Source: Pyrinomonadaceae bacterium
GTDB taxonomy: Bacteria > Acidobacteriota > Blastocatellia > Pyrinomonadales > Pyrinomonadaceae
Assembly: GCA_035327545.1 (NCBI GenBank)
Contig: DAOLDE010000007.1
Location: forward strand, 90,286-154,285
Reading direction: 5' to 3'
Length of the DNA: 64,000 nt
The notes below the pieces were generated by a model. That model was not told where the DNA came from. It saw only the letters and a program-made list of their open reading frames with translations, and did not search any database. Position numbers and translations under genes: made by a program. This document shows, in pieces, positions 9,062-18,313 of the stretch. Each line of letters begins with the position of its first letter. Position 1 is the first letter of the stretch.

Positions 9062-9667
9062 TCACTGTTCGGCCAATTCTCGTTCGACTTGCGGCAAATA
9101 GGTCCTGCGAAGTCGGATGACAAAGCTTTGGGCTTCTCTCACGTCCCGCCCGGCTTCTAAAAGACTGGACTGAACCTGCTGCATTACGCTCATTACGCTT
9201 GCTCTTTCGGCTTGAAGGGCACGACGTCGGCTCTCTTTTATCTCGGGCGTTCGCGTGCCGCCTTCAAATGCAAGGCTTCTTTCGAGTGCCTGTTCGCTCA
9301 GATCGTTCTCGATCTGGGTAAGGCGCGTGCGCAGCGAAGCTTCCTTTTCCACCAGCTCGATCTGGTACTTTTGCAGAGTTGCCAGCCGCTGTTCTGACTG
9401 GACAAGCAGCTGCATTCCCATAACGAGACGGGCTTGTTTTTCAGACAGCGAAATGCCGTCAACCTTTGCAAATTTATCAACGAAGTCCCGCAGAGCCTGC
9501 GTCATGGTCTGAACGGAAGCGGCGATCCGCGAAATGTCCTGCGCCATGCCTGTGTTCGGGTCGAAGTACCGGTCCGAAGCGGGAGTTGCGGTATTCTGCT
9601 GACTAAAAACGGTAGCGGCCGATACCAACAAAATGGCCGCAGCTAGCGCGTTACGTAACTTCATCAT
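9062..9667 (-). CDS. secreted coiled-coil protein, function unknown
   Basis: Start taken at MMKLRNALAAAILLVSAATVFSQ (signal peptide). The rest is heptad-like and Q/E/R/L-rich. The ORF-track start 9733 would overlap the upstream gene. Confidence 0.55.
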   Translation of the reverse strand: MMKLRNALAAAILLVSAATVFSQQNTATPASDRYFDPNTGMAQDISRIAASVQTMTQALRDFVDKFAKVDGISLSEKQARLVMGMQLLVQSEQRLATLQKYQIELVEKEASLRTRLTQIENDLSEQALERSLAFEGGTRTPEIKESRRRALQAERASVMSVMQQVQSSLLEAGRDVREAQSFVIRLRRTYLPQVERELAEQ

Positions 9668-9705
9668 TTTATTCCTTGTCAAAAAGTTGGAACCGACAAA
9701 TGTCT

Positions 9706-10215
9706 TCACGGTTTTTCTTTCATTTGGTTGCAATCATTTACAGTATCGAAAGGAAATTCCCTTTCCCTCACCATGTTCTGTACCTCTCTGACAGCCGCTG
9801 CGGCCCGCCCCAACACATCGGGGGGATACTTAAAAAGCAGAGAATTTTGTTCGAACTCATCGTCGTCCAGCACGTCCGCCTTGCCGTCGGGCCCGACAAT
9901 CAGGTCGATGTCGAGGTCAATATAGTCTAGCGTTTCGGCCGTTAGAATCGGCGGCATTGCAATGTTGCAGTAGAACGATCGGAACTCGCCATTCGGCTCG
10001 TGAAATCGAAATACATTGAACCAGCGGTCAAACCAGAAAAATTCGTAGGATATTGTGCCGGCATGTATTCGCCCAAGAAAAGGATGTTCGATCTCGCTAT
10101 CAAAAGCACCGATCAGTGTCAGTAGGCTGTCGGTCTGTTCGATCAGCCGGCAGTTCCAGCTTCGGCGAACGCTGAGGTCGTAGCGAAGGGAATTGACGGT
10201 TATCCAACGGTCCAT
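9706..10215 (-). CDS. DUF402-family protein
   Basis: WFNVFRFHEPNGEFRSFYCNIAMPP...LDYIDLDIDLIVGPDG pattern is typical of DUF402 (FomD-like) proteins. Confidence 0.65.
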   Translation of the reverse strand: MDRWITVNSLRYDLSVRRSWNCRLIEQTDSLLTLIGAFDSEIEHPFLGRIHAGTISYEFFWFDRWFNVFRFHEPNGEFRSFYCNIAMPPILTAETLDYIDLDIDLIVGPDGKADVLDDDEFEQNSLLFKYPPDVLGRAAAAVREVQNMVREREFPFDTVNDCNQMKEKP

Positions 10216-10674
10216 TTAACCTTCTGCCGGCACTCTAACAACAAGGACCGAACAGGGCGCATGGTGAACCACAGACGAAGAAACCGATCCAAGCAGCAAT
10301 CGTTCCCAACGGCTGTAGCCATGCGACCCGACAACGATAAGGTTTGCGCCCCACTCTTCAGCCGTTTCAACGATGCGGCTGTCGGGCGAGCCGAAAGGTA
10401 TATCCGTAGAGATCAAGACACCGCCTGCTGCTTCCCCCTCCTGCAGCTTGGCAGCCGCGTCGGCAACGATCTTTGACGCATTCTCTTTCGCGGCTTTTTC
10501 GATATCGCCCGTATCCGGGATATAGCCTCCGTAAATATCGATCGCCATCGGCAATGCCATATCGACAACGCTTATCACCTTTATCTCGTCGCCCTCGATC
10601 AGCTTCAGCCCTCTGATCAGGGCGATCGCGGCCTCGCTTTGCTTACCGCCGTCGGTTGCGAACAAGATCTTCAT
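10216..10674 (-). CDS. universal stress protein (UspA family)
   Basis: MKILFATDGG...LIVVGSHGYSRWERLLLGSVSSSVVHHAPCSVLVVR is the canonical Usp C-terminal motif. Confidence 0.9.
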   Translation of the reverse strand: MKILFATDGGKQSEAAIALIRGLKLIEGDEIKVISVVDMALPMAIDIYGGYIPDTGDIEKAAKENASKIVADAAAKLQEGEAAGGVLISTDIPFGSPDSRIVETAEEWGANLIVVGSHGYSRWERLLLGSVSSSVVHHAPCSVLVVRVPAEG

Positions 10675-10687
10675 TTCAAACCTCCTC

Positions 10688-11107
10688 CTATATGATCTCT
10701 ACGACCAATTTTGGCAAAAGCTGTCGGAGCATGGTCTCTTCCACGTCGGTCAGGCCTCCTGTCGTTTGCCGGTCGATCTGATGCCAGACAGCTTCCACCT
10801 TGGGCCTTACATCCCGCCCCTTTCGAGTCAGACAGATCCGTGTCGAACGGGCGTCGTTCTCATACTTGACACGTGTCACAAAGTCGCTTTCGAGCAGGCC
10901 GCCGAGTGCCTTGTTCACCGTCGCAGCAGAGACGCCCAGCCGGGCAGCGAGGTCGATCTGCCTGAGCCCGTCCTGTTTCCAAAGTTCAAAAAGCACAAAG
11001 AGCTGGCGGGAATGCAGCCCTAGCGGCCTGATCTGATCCTCGATCAAGTTGCGATGCGCGGTCCCGGCATTCGCGAGAATGAAACTTACAGTGTCTTCGA
11101 TCTTCAT
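10688..11107 (-). CDS. MarR-family transcriptional regulator
   Basis: Winged-helix region LFVLFELWKQDGLRQIDLAARLGVSAATVNKALGGLLESDFVTR. 139 aa. Confidence 0.85.
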   Translation of the reverse strand: MKIEDTVSFILANAGTAHRNLIEDQIRPLGLHSRQLFVLFELWKQDGLRQIDLAARLGVSAATVNKALGGLLESDFVTRVKYENDARSTRICLTRKGRDVRPKVEAVWHQIDRQTTGGLTDVEETMLRQLLPKLVVEII

Positions 11108-11164
11108 CGGCTAAAGTCAATTATCACTTTTAAACGCCTGCGCGGCCACACTTAATAGCGGTCG

Positions 11165-11270
11165 AATAATTTACCGTTAGACGGCTACTATACTTTAATT
11201 AGCCGTCAAATAAAAATTGATTAGTGGTCTAATAAATTTCATTCAGACGTATAATAAATTTCAGTTAGAC
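11165..11270. promoter_or_regulatory. operator-like repeats in the MarR / 11287-ORF divergent intergenic region
   Basis: Three 18-nt direct repeats AATAA(A)TTT.....T(T/C)AGAC at 11165-11182, 11231-11248 and 11253-11270. Also a perfect inverted repeat GACGGCTA-N12-TAGCCGTC at 11180-11207. Confidence 0.45.
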
Positions 11271-11286
11271 ATAATATAATCTACGT

Positions 11287-11664
11287 ATGGACAACGTCGA
11301 AACGCTTAAAAAGGGGCGAAACCTGCTGCTTTCGCTTCACAAGTCGCTTCTGGATTTTGAACGCCTGGTTTATGAAGGAACTTACGGCAAGGTTTCCGCC
11401 GGGGCGTTTCTTAATCTTTTACTTGAAGATGAGAATTTCTCTTGGCTGCGAAGGTTTTCGGGGGTGATCGTCGAGATCGACGAGCTTCTTGCTCAGCGTG
11501 ACGGATTTTCGGACGAGGCAGTGAGCCTCCATATCGAAAAGGTCCGAGACGTCATTCTTTTCACAGATGAGGAAAGCGAATTTTCGTTGCGATACCGCGG
11601 CGGTTTGCAGCAGAACGTCGAGGCCGCCGCGATCCACGCAGAACTGCAAAGACTGCTGGCCTAG
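11287..11664 (+). CDS. hypothetical protein (125 aa)
   Basis: Clean ORF divergent from MarR with plausible composition. No family recognised. Confidence 0.5.
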   Translation: MDNVETLKKGRNLLLSLHKSLLDFERLVYEGTYGKVSAGAFLNLLLEDENFSWLRRFSGVIVEIDELLAQRDGFSDEAVSLHIEKVRDVILFTDEESEFSLRYRGGLQQNVEAAAIHAELQRLLA

Positions 11665-11665
11665 A

Positions 11666-12316
11666 TCAGCTTCGGCCGCTTTTCTTCCAATCGGCAAGAA
11701 ATGCGTCTAGGCCTTTGTCCGTTAGCGGGTGATTGGCAAGTTGAGCGATGACCTTGAACGGGATCGTGGCTACATCCGCCCCAACGAGCGCGCAGTCAAC
11801 AATGTGCATTGGATGGCGGATAGATGCAGCCAGCACCTCGGTTTTAAAGTCATAATTCCCGTAGATCTGTACGATGTCCTGGATCAGCTGCATTCCATTC
11901 GTCCCGACATCGTCAAGCCGACCGATAAACGGTGAAATGTATCTCGCTCCCGCTTTTGCGGCCAGGATAGCCTGAGCCGCCGAAAAACAAAGGGTGACAT
12001 TTACGCCAGTTCCTTCGTCGGTCAAAACTCGAGTCGCTTTCAGGCCTTCGACCGTTAACGGACATTTGACCACCACATTGGGGGCGATCCTCGCCAGATC
12101 TCGGCCCTGGTCGATCATACCGGCAGCATCAAGCGCCGTCACTTCGGCAGAGACATCGCCCTTGACGATCGAGCAGATCTTGCCGACATGCTCTTTGAAA
12201 TCGACGTCGCCTTCCTTAGCGACAAGCGTTGGATTTGTCGTCACACCGTCGATCACGCCCATTTCATTTGCTTCGCGGATCTCGTCCAGGTTTGCTGTGT
12301 CAATGAAGAACTTCAT
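11666..12316 (-). CDS. tal: transaldolase / fructose-6-phosphate aldolase (short type 3B)
   Basis: [36 protein letters not shown]...VVKCP...FIGRLDD matches the short TalC/Fsa family. Confidence 0.9.
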   Translation of the reverse strand: MKFFIDTANLDEIREANEMGVIDGVTTNPTLVAKEGDVDFKEHVGKICSIVKGDVSAEVTALDAAGMIDQGRDLARIAPNVVVKCPLTVEGLKATRVLTDEGTGVNVTLCFSAAQAILAAKAGARYISPFIGRLDDVGTNGMQLIQDIVQIYGNYDFKTEVLAASIRHPMHIVDCALVGADVATIPFKVIAQLANHPLTDKGLDAFLADWKKSGRS

Positions 12317-12359
12317 AAAGTTTTCCGATAAAAACTGTCAAATTGATGTAAAGAGCGAT

Positions 12360-12995
12360 TCAACTTCCTACTACCGGGTTGGTCAAAACGCCGATTCCCT
12401 CGATCTCGACCTCGCACACATCGCCATGCGACAAACGGGATACGCCCGACGGCGTGCCGGTCGCGATCAGGTCGCCCGGCATAAGCGTCATCATCTTTGA
12501 AATGTATCGTATCAAATAATCAACGGGAAACACCATTTCTGCGGTCCGCCCGGACTGCCTTACCTCTCCGTTCACGCGGCAGACTACGGCGAGGTCAGAA
12601 ACGTCGAGTCCGGCCGCGAGCTCCGGGCCTATCGGACAAAACGTATCAAACGATTTTGCACGTGCAAACTGCCCGTCTTTCCGCTGAAGATCTCGAGCCG
12701 TAACATCGTTAAGACATGTAAAACCACGGACGTAGGAAAAAGGATTTTCTTCATCGCCAATGTCCTTGCAGCGACGGTCGATCACCACGGCGAGCTCGGC
12801 CTCATGTTCGACCTGGTCGGACAATCTGGGCAGAACGATCGGCTCATTGTCAAAAATAATTGCAGAAGGAGCCTTTAGAAAGAGCATTGGCGCTTCAGGG
12901 ACCTGATTGCCAAGTTCCTTTGCGTGATCGGAGTAATTCCTGCCGATACATACGACCTTCGAAGGCAAATAGCCAGGGCCAAGCTCCATTTTCAT
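12360..12995 (-). CDS. fumarylacetoacetate hydrolase (FAH) family protein
   Basis: KVVCIGRNYSDHAKELG...HEAELAVVI...NDVTARDLQ...GDLIATGTPSGV motifs. Confidence 0.85.
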   Translation of the reverse strand: MKMELGPGYLPSKVVCIGRNYSDHAKELGNQVPEAPMLFLKAPSAIIFDNEPIVLPRLSDQVEHEAELAVVIDRRCKDIGDEENPFSYVRGFTCLNDVTARDLQRKDGQFARAKSFDTFCPIGPELAAGLDVSDLAVVCRVNGEVRQSGRTAEMVFPVDYLIRYISKMMTLMPGDLIATGTPSGVSRLSHGDVCEVEIEGIGVLTNPVVGS

Positions 12996-13163
12996 TCTTC
13001 CTTGTTAATTTTTATGGTCGATCCGAGCTTTCATCGAGCGAATAGGCTGAATCGTAAACGTTGATATTACAGGAGTTTGTAGATTTTATCCAACGCCCCC
13101 GAAGATGCTTGATGTGCGACAGGGAAAAAAAGTACCGATCGTTCAAAAATATCGCAAAAAACA

Positions 13164-13192
13164 TTGACAAACACGCCCATAATCAGTATCAT
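13164..13192 (+). promoter_or_regulatory. near-consensus sigma70 promoter TTGACA-17-TATCAT
   Basis: TTGACA at 13164-13169, a 17-nt spacer, then TATCAT at 13187-13192. No protein gene lies downstream on this strand. Confidence 0.5.
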
Positions 13193-13198
13193 AACCTT

Positions 13199-13412
13199 AC
13201 TGAACGCGTTCCGGTACTAGGAAGTTGTACGATAGACTTCCGGCCCAATGGTCGCCCGGATTTGAAATCCAGCGTGGAAAGTAAGAGCGGGAGTTACGTC
13301 ATTGGGAACGCTCTTGAGGGTCTTGTCGGCGCAATGCTCTTGACTCGATAAAGAGTAGTTACAAAAGATAGAAGGCTTGTTGCCGGCATGCAGCAAGCCT
13401 TTTCTTTCTTTT
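13199..13412 (+). ncRNA. candidate small RNA (~210 nt), family not recognised
   Basis: Bounded by the promoter above and an intrinsic terminator at 13372-13412. Contains hairpins (GGAAGT/ACTTCC, GGATT/AATCC) and a possible pseudoknot: CCCAATG 13245-51 with CATTGGG 13301-07, interleaved with AAGAGCG 13283-89 and CGCTCTT 13310-16. The only long ORF here (13061-13351) has non-protein-like composition. Confidence 0.4.
13372..13412 (+). terminator. rho-independent terminator, probably bidirectional
   Basis: AAGGCTTGTTGC-cggcat-GCAGCAAGCCTT followed by TTTTCTTTCTTTT. On the other strand the stem is followed by CTATCTTTTGT, 90 nt downstream of the stop of 13498-14703. Confidence 0.7.
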
Positions 13413-13497
13413 GGACGCCGTTCCCAGTTGATTTTTGCGGATCTTTTTTGCCAAAATCATCCCACATCATTGTTGTCAATCACTTACACTTAAATGG

Positions 13498-14703
13498 CTA
13501 AGGCTGTGCATTAAGTAATTCGTGTCCATCCGTCCGCGGATTCGCGTCCGGGATAGGTACACCGCTTATTGACTCGCTGCTTTCTGACGAGCCTCCTGGC
13601 AGTCTGTCCGACACCACCATACTTGGCTCGGAGACATTGCCAAATTTATCCACCGCCACTACGTAATACGAATATTCAATATTCTTTTCGACTTTCGCAT
13701 CCTCAAAGGTTGTGACCTCGAGCAGGTCCGGTGTCAGCAGTTCCCATTCTGATCTCGGCAGAGATGGGTTCGTGGTCCTGTAAATACGGTAGCCGGCAAT
13801 ATCCCGTTCCGGATTCGGCGGGAAGAAGATCGATATAGCTCCGGGCGCGGCGGCGATCGTTATCGAATCAGGCGGCGTTGGCGGGAATGTATCGACAGGT
13901 TTGACCTCGACGATATTAGATTCGCTGCTTTCCGTCCGCTCCGCACCCGTCCCGGCCGAAACCGCTCTTACAAAATAGAAATAGCCTTTCTCAAATTCGA
14001 ATTCCTCGTCCAGATATTCAGTCTCGGTTACCAGCGACCTGTTTACCACGACAGCGGCGCGGTCCGAGCTGTCTGTTCGGTAAATATTATAGCCGGCAAC
14101 ATTTACGGGCGAGCTTCCATCGACATTACGTTCCGGCGCGGTCCATTTCAGGACTATAGCATCTTGAGTTACCTCTGCCGTGAGCGAGGTAGGTTCTGCA
14201 GCCACTCTGGCTTCGGGTTCGAGAAGGAGAAAATTTGAGAACGCGGCCCTCTGCCCCGAGGCATTTACCAGCCGCACCGCGTAGCGCAAGCGTGCGGGCT
14301 GGCCTGCCAACTGCAGCGTGTCCGTATATCGATATCGTTCTTCGCCGAAATCATCGTCAGTCACTCGGACCGAAGCGATCACGAGGCTTCGGGCGGCAAA
14401 TTCGGCTTCCGACATTGTCAGCGGCGCGGTTGGTTGTTCGGCCAAACGATAGATCTCGATCCGCGCAATGTGTCTGACATCGTCTTTAGGAGCATTGGTT
14501 TCAGGCATTTGCCACGACAAGATCACGCTGTTGCCGCGCTGAAATCCTGCGATCTCCACACGCTGCGAGACCTTAGCGATCGGCGGAAGGGGAGGCTTTC
14601 GCTTGCCGCAGCCCGAGAGGGTCAGAGCGAAGATCGCCGCCGCAAACAACAAGATAACGGCTGGGATCCGGCTTAGGCTGAAGATGATGCCCATCGAACG
14701 CAT
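13498..14703 (-). CDS. lipoprotein with fibronectin-type-III-like repeats
   Basis: Lipobox LTLSGC after a hydrophobic signal. Repeated modules contain AGYNIYR / AGYRIYR and YYVVAVD / YFVRAV motifs typical of Fn3 domains. Confidence 0.65.
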   Translation of the reverse strand: MRSMGIIFSLSRIPAVILLFAAAIFALTLSGCGKRKPPLPPIAKVSQRVEIAGFQRGNSVILSWQMPETNAPKDDVRHIARIEIYRLAEQPTAPLTMSEAEFAARSLVIASVRVTDDDFGEERYRYTDTLQLAGQPARLRYAVRLVNASGQRAAFSNFLLLEPEARVAAEPTSLTAEVTQDAIVLKWTAPERNVDGSSPVNVAGYNIYRTDSSDRAAVVVNRSLVTETEYLDEEFEFEKGYFYFVRAVSAGTGAERTESSESNIVEVKPVDTFPPTPPDSITIAAAPGAISIFFPPNPERDIAGYRIYRTTNPSLPRSEWELLTPDLLEVTTFEDAKVEKNIEYSYYVVAVDKFGNVSEPSMVVSDRLPGGSSESSESISGVPIPDANPRTDGHELLNAQP

Positions 14704-14736
14704 TGTGTCAGCAATTCAAACTGGTGATGCCCGTGC

Positions 14737-16212
14737 TTAAAGCACGTACTGCCTCAGATTCTGGTCCTGGATCAGCCCGCCAAGTCGTTCTTCGACATAA
14801 TTTACATCGATGACTTGTTTTTTTTCTTCAAGTTCTCCACCGAGGAAGCTCAATTCCTCAAGTAGTTTCTCAAGAAGCGTATGCAGCCGGCGGGCGCCTA
14901 TGTTTTCCGTCGCGCGATTCATTTCGGCCGTCATTTCAGCGATGCGCGCCACTGCTTCAGGCGTAAATTCCAGCTCGACACCTTCGGTGCCTAGCAAGGC
15001 CTGATACTGTTTGACCAGGGAGTTCTTAGGCTGGGTAAGTATCCGCTTAAGGTCTTCGACGGTCAGCGACTCCAGCTCGACCCGGATAGGGAAGCGGCCC
15101 TGCAGCTCTGGGATGAGGTCAGATGGCTTTGAAACATGAAACGCCCCCGCCGCGATGAACAGGATATGATCTGTGTTTACCATCCCGTACTTAGTGTTTA
15201 CGTTCGTGCCTTCCACGATCGGGAGCAAGTCGCGTTGGACGCCCTCGCGGGATACGTCGGGCCCGGCACCGCCTTCGCGGCCGGCGACCTTATCCAGCTC
15301 GTCCAAAAAGACGATGCCCGAATTCTCGGCCCTCTTTATCGCGGCACGCGTGACGCTTTCCATATCGATCAGTTTTTCCTGTTCGTCGCGAGTCATCGCC
15401 GCACGAGCGTCGGCCAATTTCATCTTACGGCTGACGGTCCGCGAGGGAAAAAGATTTCCAAACATGTCTTTTAGGTTCACGCCCATCTCTTCCATGCCCT
15501 GTCCGCCTACAAAATCGATGGTCGCGTTCCCTCGGTCCTGCGTTTCTATTTCGACCAGCCGTTCGTTCAGGTCACCGCGTCGAAGCTGGTCACGCAGCTT
15601 TTCTCTGGTCCTTGAATAGGACGATTCCGCGGCGTCACCATCCTCCCCTGAGACGCCCTGCTGGAGATGATCTAATGATGTCGGGGGCAGAAGTATGTCC
15701 AAAAGCTTTTCTTCCGCATTCAGTTCCGCCGTCTCACGAACATCCTCGTAGGCGGATTGGCGCGACATCTCGACGCTGATCTCTGTCAATTCGCGTATCA
15801 TGCTTTCGACATCGCGGCCGACATAGCCAACTTCCGTAAATTTCGATGCCTCGATCTTGATGAACGGTGAATCTGCCGCCCGCGCCAGCCTGCGGGCGAT
15901 CTCTGTTTTTCCGACGCCCGTTGAGCCGATCATGAGTATGTTCTTCGGCAGCACGTCGCGAGCGATCTCGTCAGGCAGCTTTTGTCGTCGTATCCTGTTT
16001 CGAAGGGCGATCGCGACCGCGCGCTTTGCGGCTGCCTGGCCGACAACGTAGCGGTCAAGTTCCTCCACGATCTGGCGCGGCGTCAAAGAGTCGAGTGTTA
16101 ATTTTGCAGCGGCAGTTTCACCGCCAAGATAGATCGTCATTATCGATTTAATAGATCGTCCGGGGAACCTTGCGGCCGGCCGCATGGCCCGCCGGAGTTC
16201 CGATTGCACCAT
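14737..16212 (-). CDS. hslU: ATP-dependent protease ATPase subunit HslU
   Basis: LTPRQIVEELDRYVVGQ, Walker A GSTGVGKTEIARRLA, and GIVFLDELDK. An alternative start at 16140 (MTIYLGG...) gives a more typical length. Confidence 0.95.
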   Translation of the reverse strand: MVQSELRRAMRPAARFPGRSIKSIMTIYLGGETAAAKLTLDSLTPRQIVEELDRYVVGQAAAKRAVAIALRNRIRRQKLPDEIARDVLPKNILMIGSTGVGKTEIARRLARAADSPFIKIEASKFTEVGYVGRDVESMIRELTEISVEMSRQSAYEDVRETAELNAEEKLLDILLPPTSLDHLQQGVSGEDGDAAESSYSRTREKLRDQLRRGDLNERLVEIETQDRGNATIDFVGGQGMEEMGVNLKDMFGNLFPSRTVSRKMKLADARAAMTRDEQEKLIDMESVTRAAIKRAENSGIVFLDELDKVAGREGGAGPDVSREGVQRDLLPIVEGTNVNTKYGMVNTDHILFIAAGAFHVSKPSDLIPELQGRFPIRVELESLTVEDLKRILTQPKNSLVKQYQALLGTEGVELEFTPEAVARIAEMTAEMNRATENIGARRLHTLLEKLLEELSFLGGELEEKKQVIDVNYVEERLGGLIQDQNLRQYVL

Positions 16213-16214
16213 TC

Positions 16215-16766
16215 CTAAAGCTCATCGACAACAAATTCGCTATTTGTATAGATGCAGATCTCACTTGCTATGCGTAGAGATTCTTCAGCGATCTCGCGTG
16301 CAGACAGTTCAGTGTGGCGAAGCAGGGCACGGGCGGCAGCGCTAGCGTACATGCTGCCCGAACCTACCGAAAGTATTCCGTCGTCCGACGAGATTACGTC
16401 GCCCTTGCCGGAAATAAGGAACGCGTCGTTCTTATCGGCAACGATCAGCAGAGCTTCGAGATTTCTCAGGTACTTGTCGGTTCGCCAGTCCTTGCTGAGC
16501 TCGATCGCGGCACGTTCGAGCTGGCCCTGAAACTCGGCAAGCTTCGATTCAAATCGAGCGAGCAGAGAAAAGGCATCTGCCGTCGCACCGGCAAATCCAA
16601 CCAGTATCTCTCCGTTTCCGAGCCGCCTGATCTTTTTCGCCGTGCCTTTGATGACCGTGTCCCCGAGCGTGACCTGGCCATCGCCTGCTATCGCGACGGC
16701 CCCGTTTCGACGAACGAGCAGGACGGTGGTTGAACGGATCTTAGCCAAGTGTTTCGAACGTCCCAT
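16215..16766 (-). CDS. hslV: ATP-dependent protease subunit HslV
   Basis: [24 protein letters not shown] contains the catalytic Thr motif. ATG 16766 is preferred to the ORF-track start 16835. Confidence 0.9.
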   Translation of the reverse strand: MGRSKHLAKIRSTTVLLVRRNGAVAIAGDGQVTLGDTVIKGTAKKIRRLGNGEILVGFAGATADAFSLLARFESKLAEFQGQLERAAIELSKDWRTDKYLRNLEALLIVADKNDAFLISGKGDVISSDDGILSVGSGSMYASAAARALLRHTELSAREIAEESLRIASEICIYTNSEFVVDEL

Positions 16767-16845
16767 AAAACCTAAATCATAAGGTCTTGTCATTAAATCC
16801 TCAAATTGACATCTATATCGAAATTGAATGAACATTATGTAAGAT

Positions 16846-17595
16846 ATGACTGCTAGACCTCGTATCGGGATAACAATGAGGCTGGAGATCGATACCCGAC
16901 GGTTTTATTTGGGGCGCGATTACAGCGAAGCGGTCCAGGGGGCTGGAGGTCTTCCGGTGCATCTGCCGCTCATACCCGACAAGGCCTTCATCGAGGATCT
17001 GGTCGCCGGGCTAGACGGCGTCTTGCTTCCCGGCAGCGATACGGATGTCGATCCCGCATATTTCGGCGAAGATCCGCATCCCAGATTGAAAAAAGTGGTC
17101 CCTGAAAAGGATGAGACCGACCTGCTGGTGCTCGATGCGGCCGAACGTGCGGGAATACCGATCTTTGCGATTTGCTACGGCACACAAGTCTTGAATGTGT
17201 TTCGAGGCGGATCGCTCTTTCAGGATATCGAGTCGTTGGTCGAGAACCACCTAAAGCATGAGCAGGGGATACCTCTCGATCGAGCTTCGCATTCGGTGAA
17301 CGCTTCAGACAGTGGACGGCTTGCAGCAGCGGTAAAAGAGGCAGGCGTGAAACAAGTTAAAGTGAATTCTCATCATCATCAGGCTATTAATAAAATAGGG
17401 AATGATTTAACTGCAACTGCGACAGCGAACGATGGCGTTATCGAATGCATCGAAGACGTGCGTGAAGGTCGTTGGGTGGTAGGCGTGCAGTGGCACCCGG
17501 AACTGAATTGGAGAAACGATGCGGTATCGCTCAGGCTTTTTTCCGATTTTGTCTCGGCCTGCAGCGGTCGTACGGTTCAGGCTGGTACCAGTTAA
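16846..17595 (+). CDS. class-I glutamine amidotransferase, peptidase C26 / gamma-glutamyl-GABA hydrolase family
   Basis: [15 protein letters not shown] (nucleophile Cys) and VGVQWHPE motifs. Confidence 0.85.
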   Translation: MTARPRIGITMRLEIDTRRFYLGRDYSEAVQGAGGLPVHLPLIPDKAFIEDLVAGLDGVLLPGSDTDVDPAYFGEDPHPRLKKVVPEKDETDLLVLDAAERAGIPIFAICYGTQVLNVFRGGSLFQDIESLVENHLKHEQGIPLDRASHSVNASDSGRLAAAVKEAGVKQVKVNSHHHQAINKIGNDLTATATANDGVIECIEDVREGRWVVGVQWHPELNWRNDAVSLRLFSDFVSACSGRTVQAGTS

Positions 17596-17720
17596 GTCTA
17601 ATGGTGTCAATTGATCGCAGGGATCTGTGCAATATCTGGCTTAAGTGTCGGGGGTTCGACAGTTAAGATTTTGGTTTAGATGGTTTCCGCCCGGGACCAG
17701 GATTCTAGAGACGGAAAATA

Positions 17721-18104
17721 ATGGACAGCAATACAGTTTTTGTCGGCTTTTTGGCTTGGCTTTTTCCAGGTGCCGGCCATTTGATGCAAAAGCGGTTCAC
17801 GAGAGGACTGATCATCTCGACAGCGATCTGGACAATGTTCGTGATCGCCATCGCAAGCGGCGGAGCTTATTACCCCGGATTCGAATTCAAAGACGGGACA
17901 CTGCTCTATTTGCTCAACGTCTTCGCCACCTTTGGCAACGGCCTCGGCGATCTGATCAGCTTTCTGTTGTCCGTGGAGCCCTCGCGGGATGTCGCCGCGC
18001 GTGCGACCTTCGAATACGGGGGGCGATTTCTTGAGGTCGCCGGACTCCTCAATTATCTTGCTGTCATCGACGCGGTCGATATTAACCTCGGAAGGAAAGA
18101 ATGA
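17721..18104 (+). CDS. small integral membrane protein
   Basis: FVGFLAWLFPGAGHLMQKRFTRGLIISTAIWTMFVIAI plus further hydrophobic segments. Family not recognised. Confidence 0.55.
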   Translation: MDSNTVFVGFLAWLFPGAGHLMQKRFTRGLIISTAIWTMFVIAIASGGAYYPGFEFKDGTLLYLLNVFATFGNGLGDLISFLLSVEPSRDVAARATFEYGGRFLEVAGLLNYLAVIDAVDINLGRKE

Positions 18105-18271
18105 TCCATTTTCTCTATCTCATCGGATTCGCATTCTTCGTCGCGGTCTGTTTCGGTGTCTTTTCGAGCGGGACGGCTCGCGAGCGCGTGCTCTACGGGC
18201 TTAAGACCTTTCTGCAGTTTGTCGGCATTAGCCTTTTGATCGCCTGGGTCCTTTATTTCATTCCGTTTTGA
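18101..18271 (+). CDS. 56-aa two-TM membrane peptide (below ORF-track cutoff)
   Basis: ATGA start/stop overlap with the preceding gene and a GGAAGGAAAG RBS. Sequence: MIHFLYLIGFAFFVAVCFGVFSSGTARERVLYGLKTFLQFVGISLLIAWVLYFIPF. Confidence 0.45.
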   Translation: MIHFLYLIGFAFFVAVCFGVFSSGTARERVLYGLKTFLQFVGISLLIAWVLYFIPF

Positions 18272-18313
18272 TCCGGCAGTCCCTCAGGGTGAGCTATAGA
18301 GAACAGGTGGGTT

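Noticed and set aside
13230-13320. tRNA-like element (GGATT-TGA-AATCC anticodon-arm look-alike)
   Set aside because: No acceptor stem, D-arm or GTTCxAxxC T-loop can be built around it. It is treated as one hairpin of the candidate sRNA instead.
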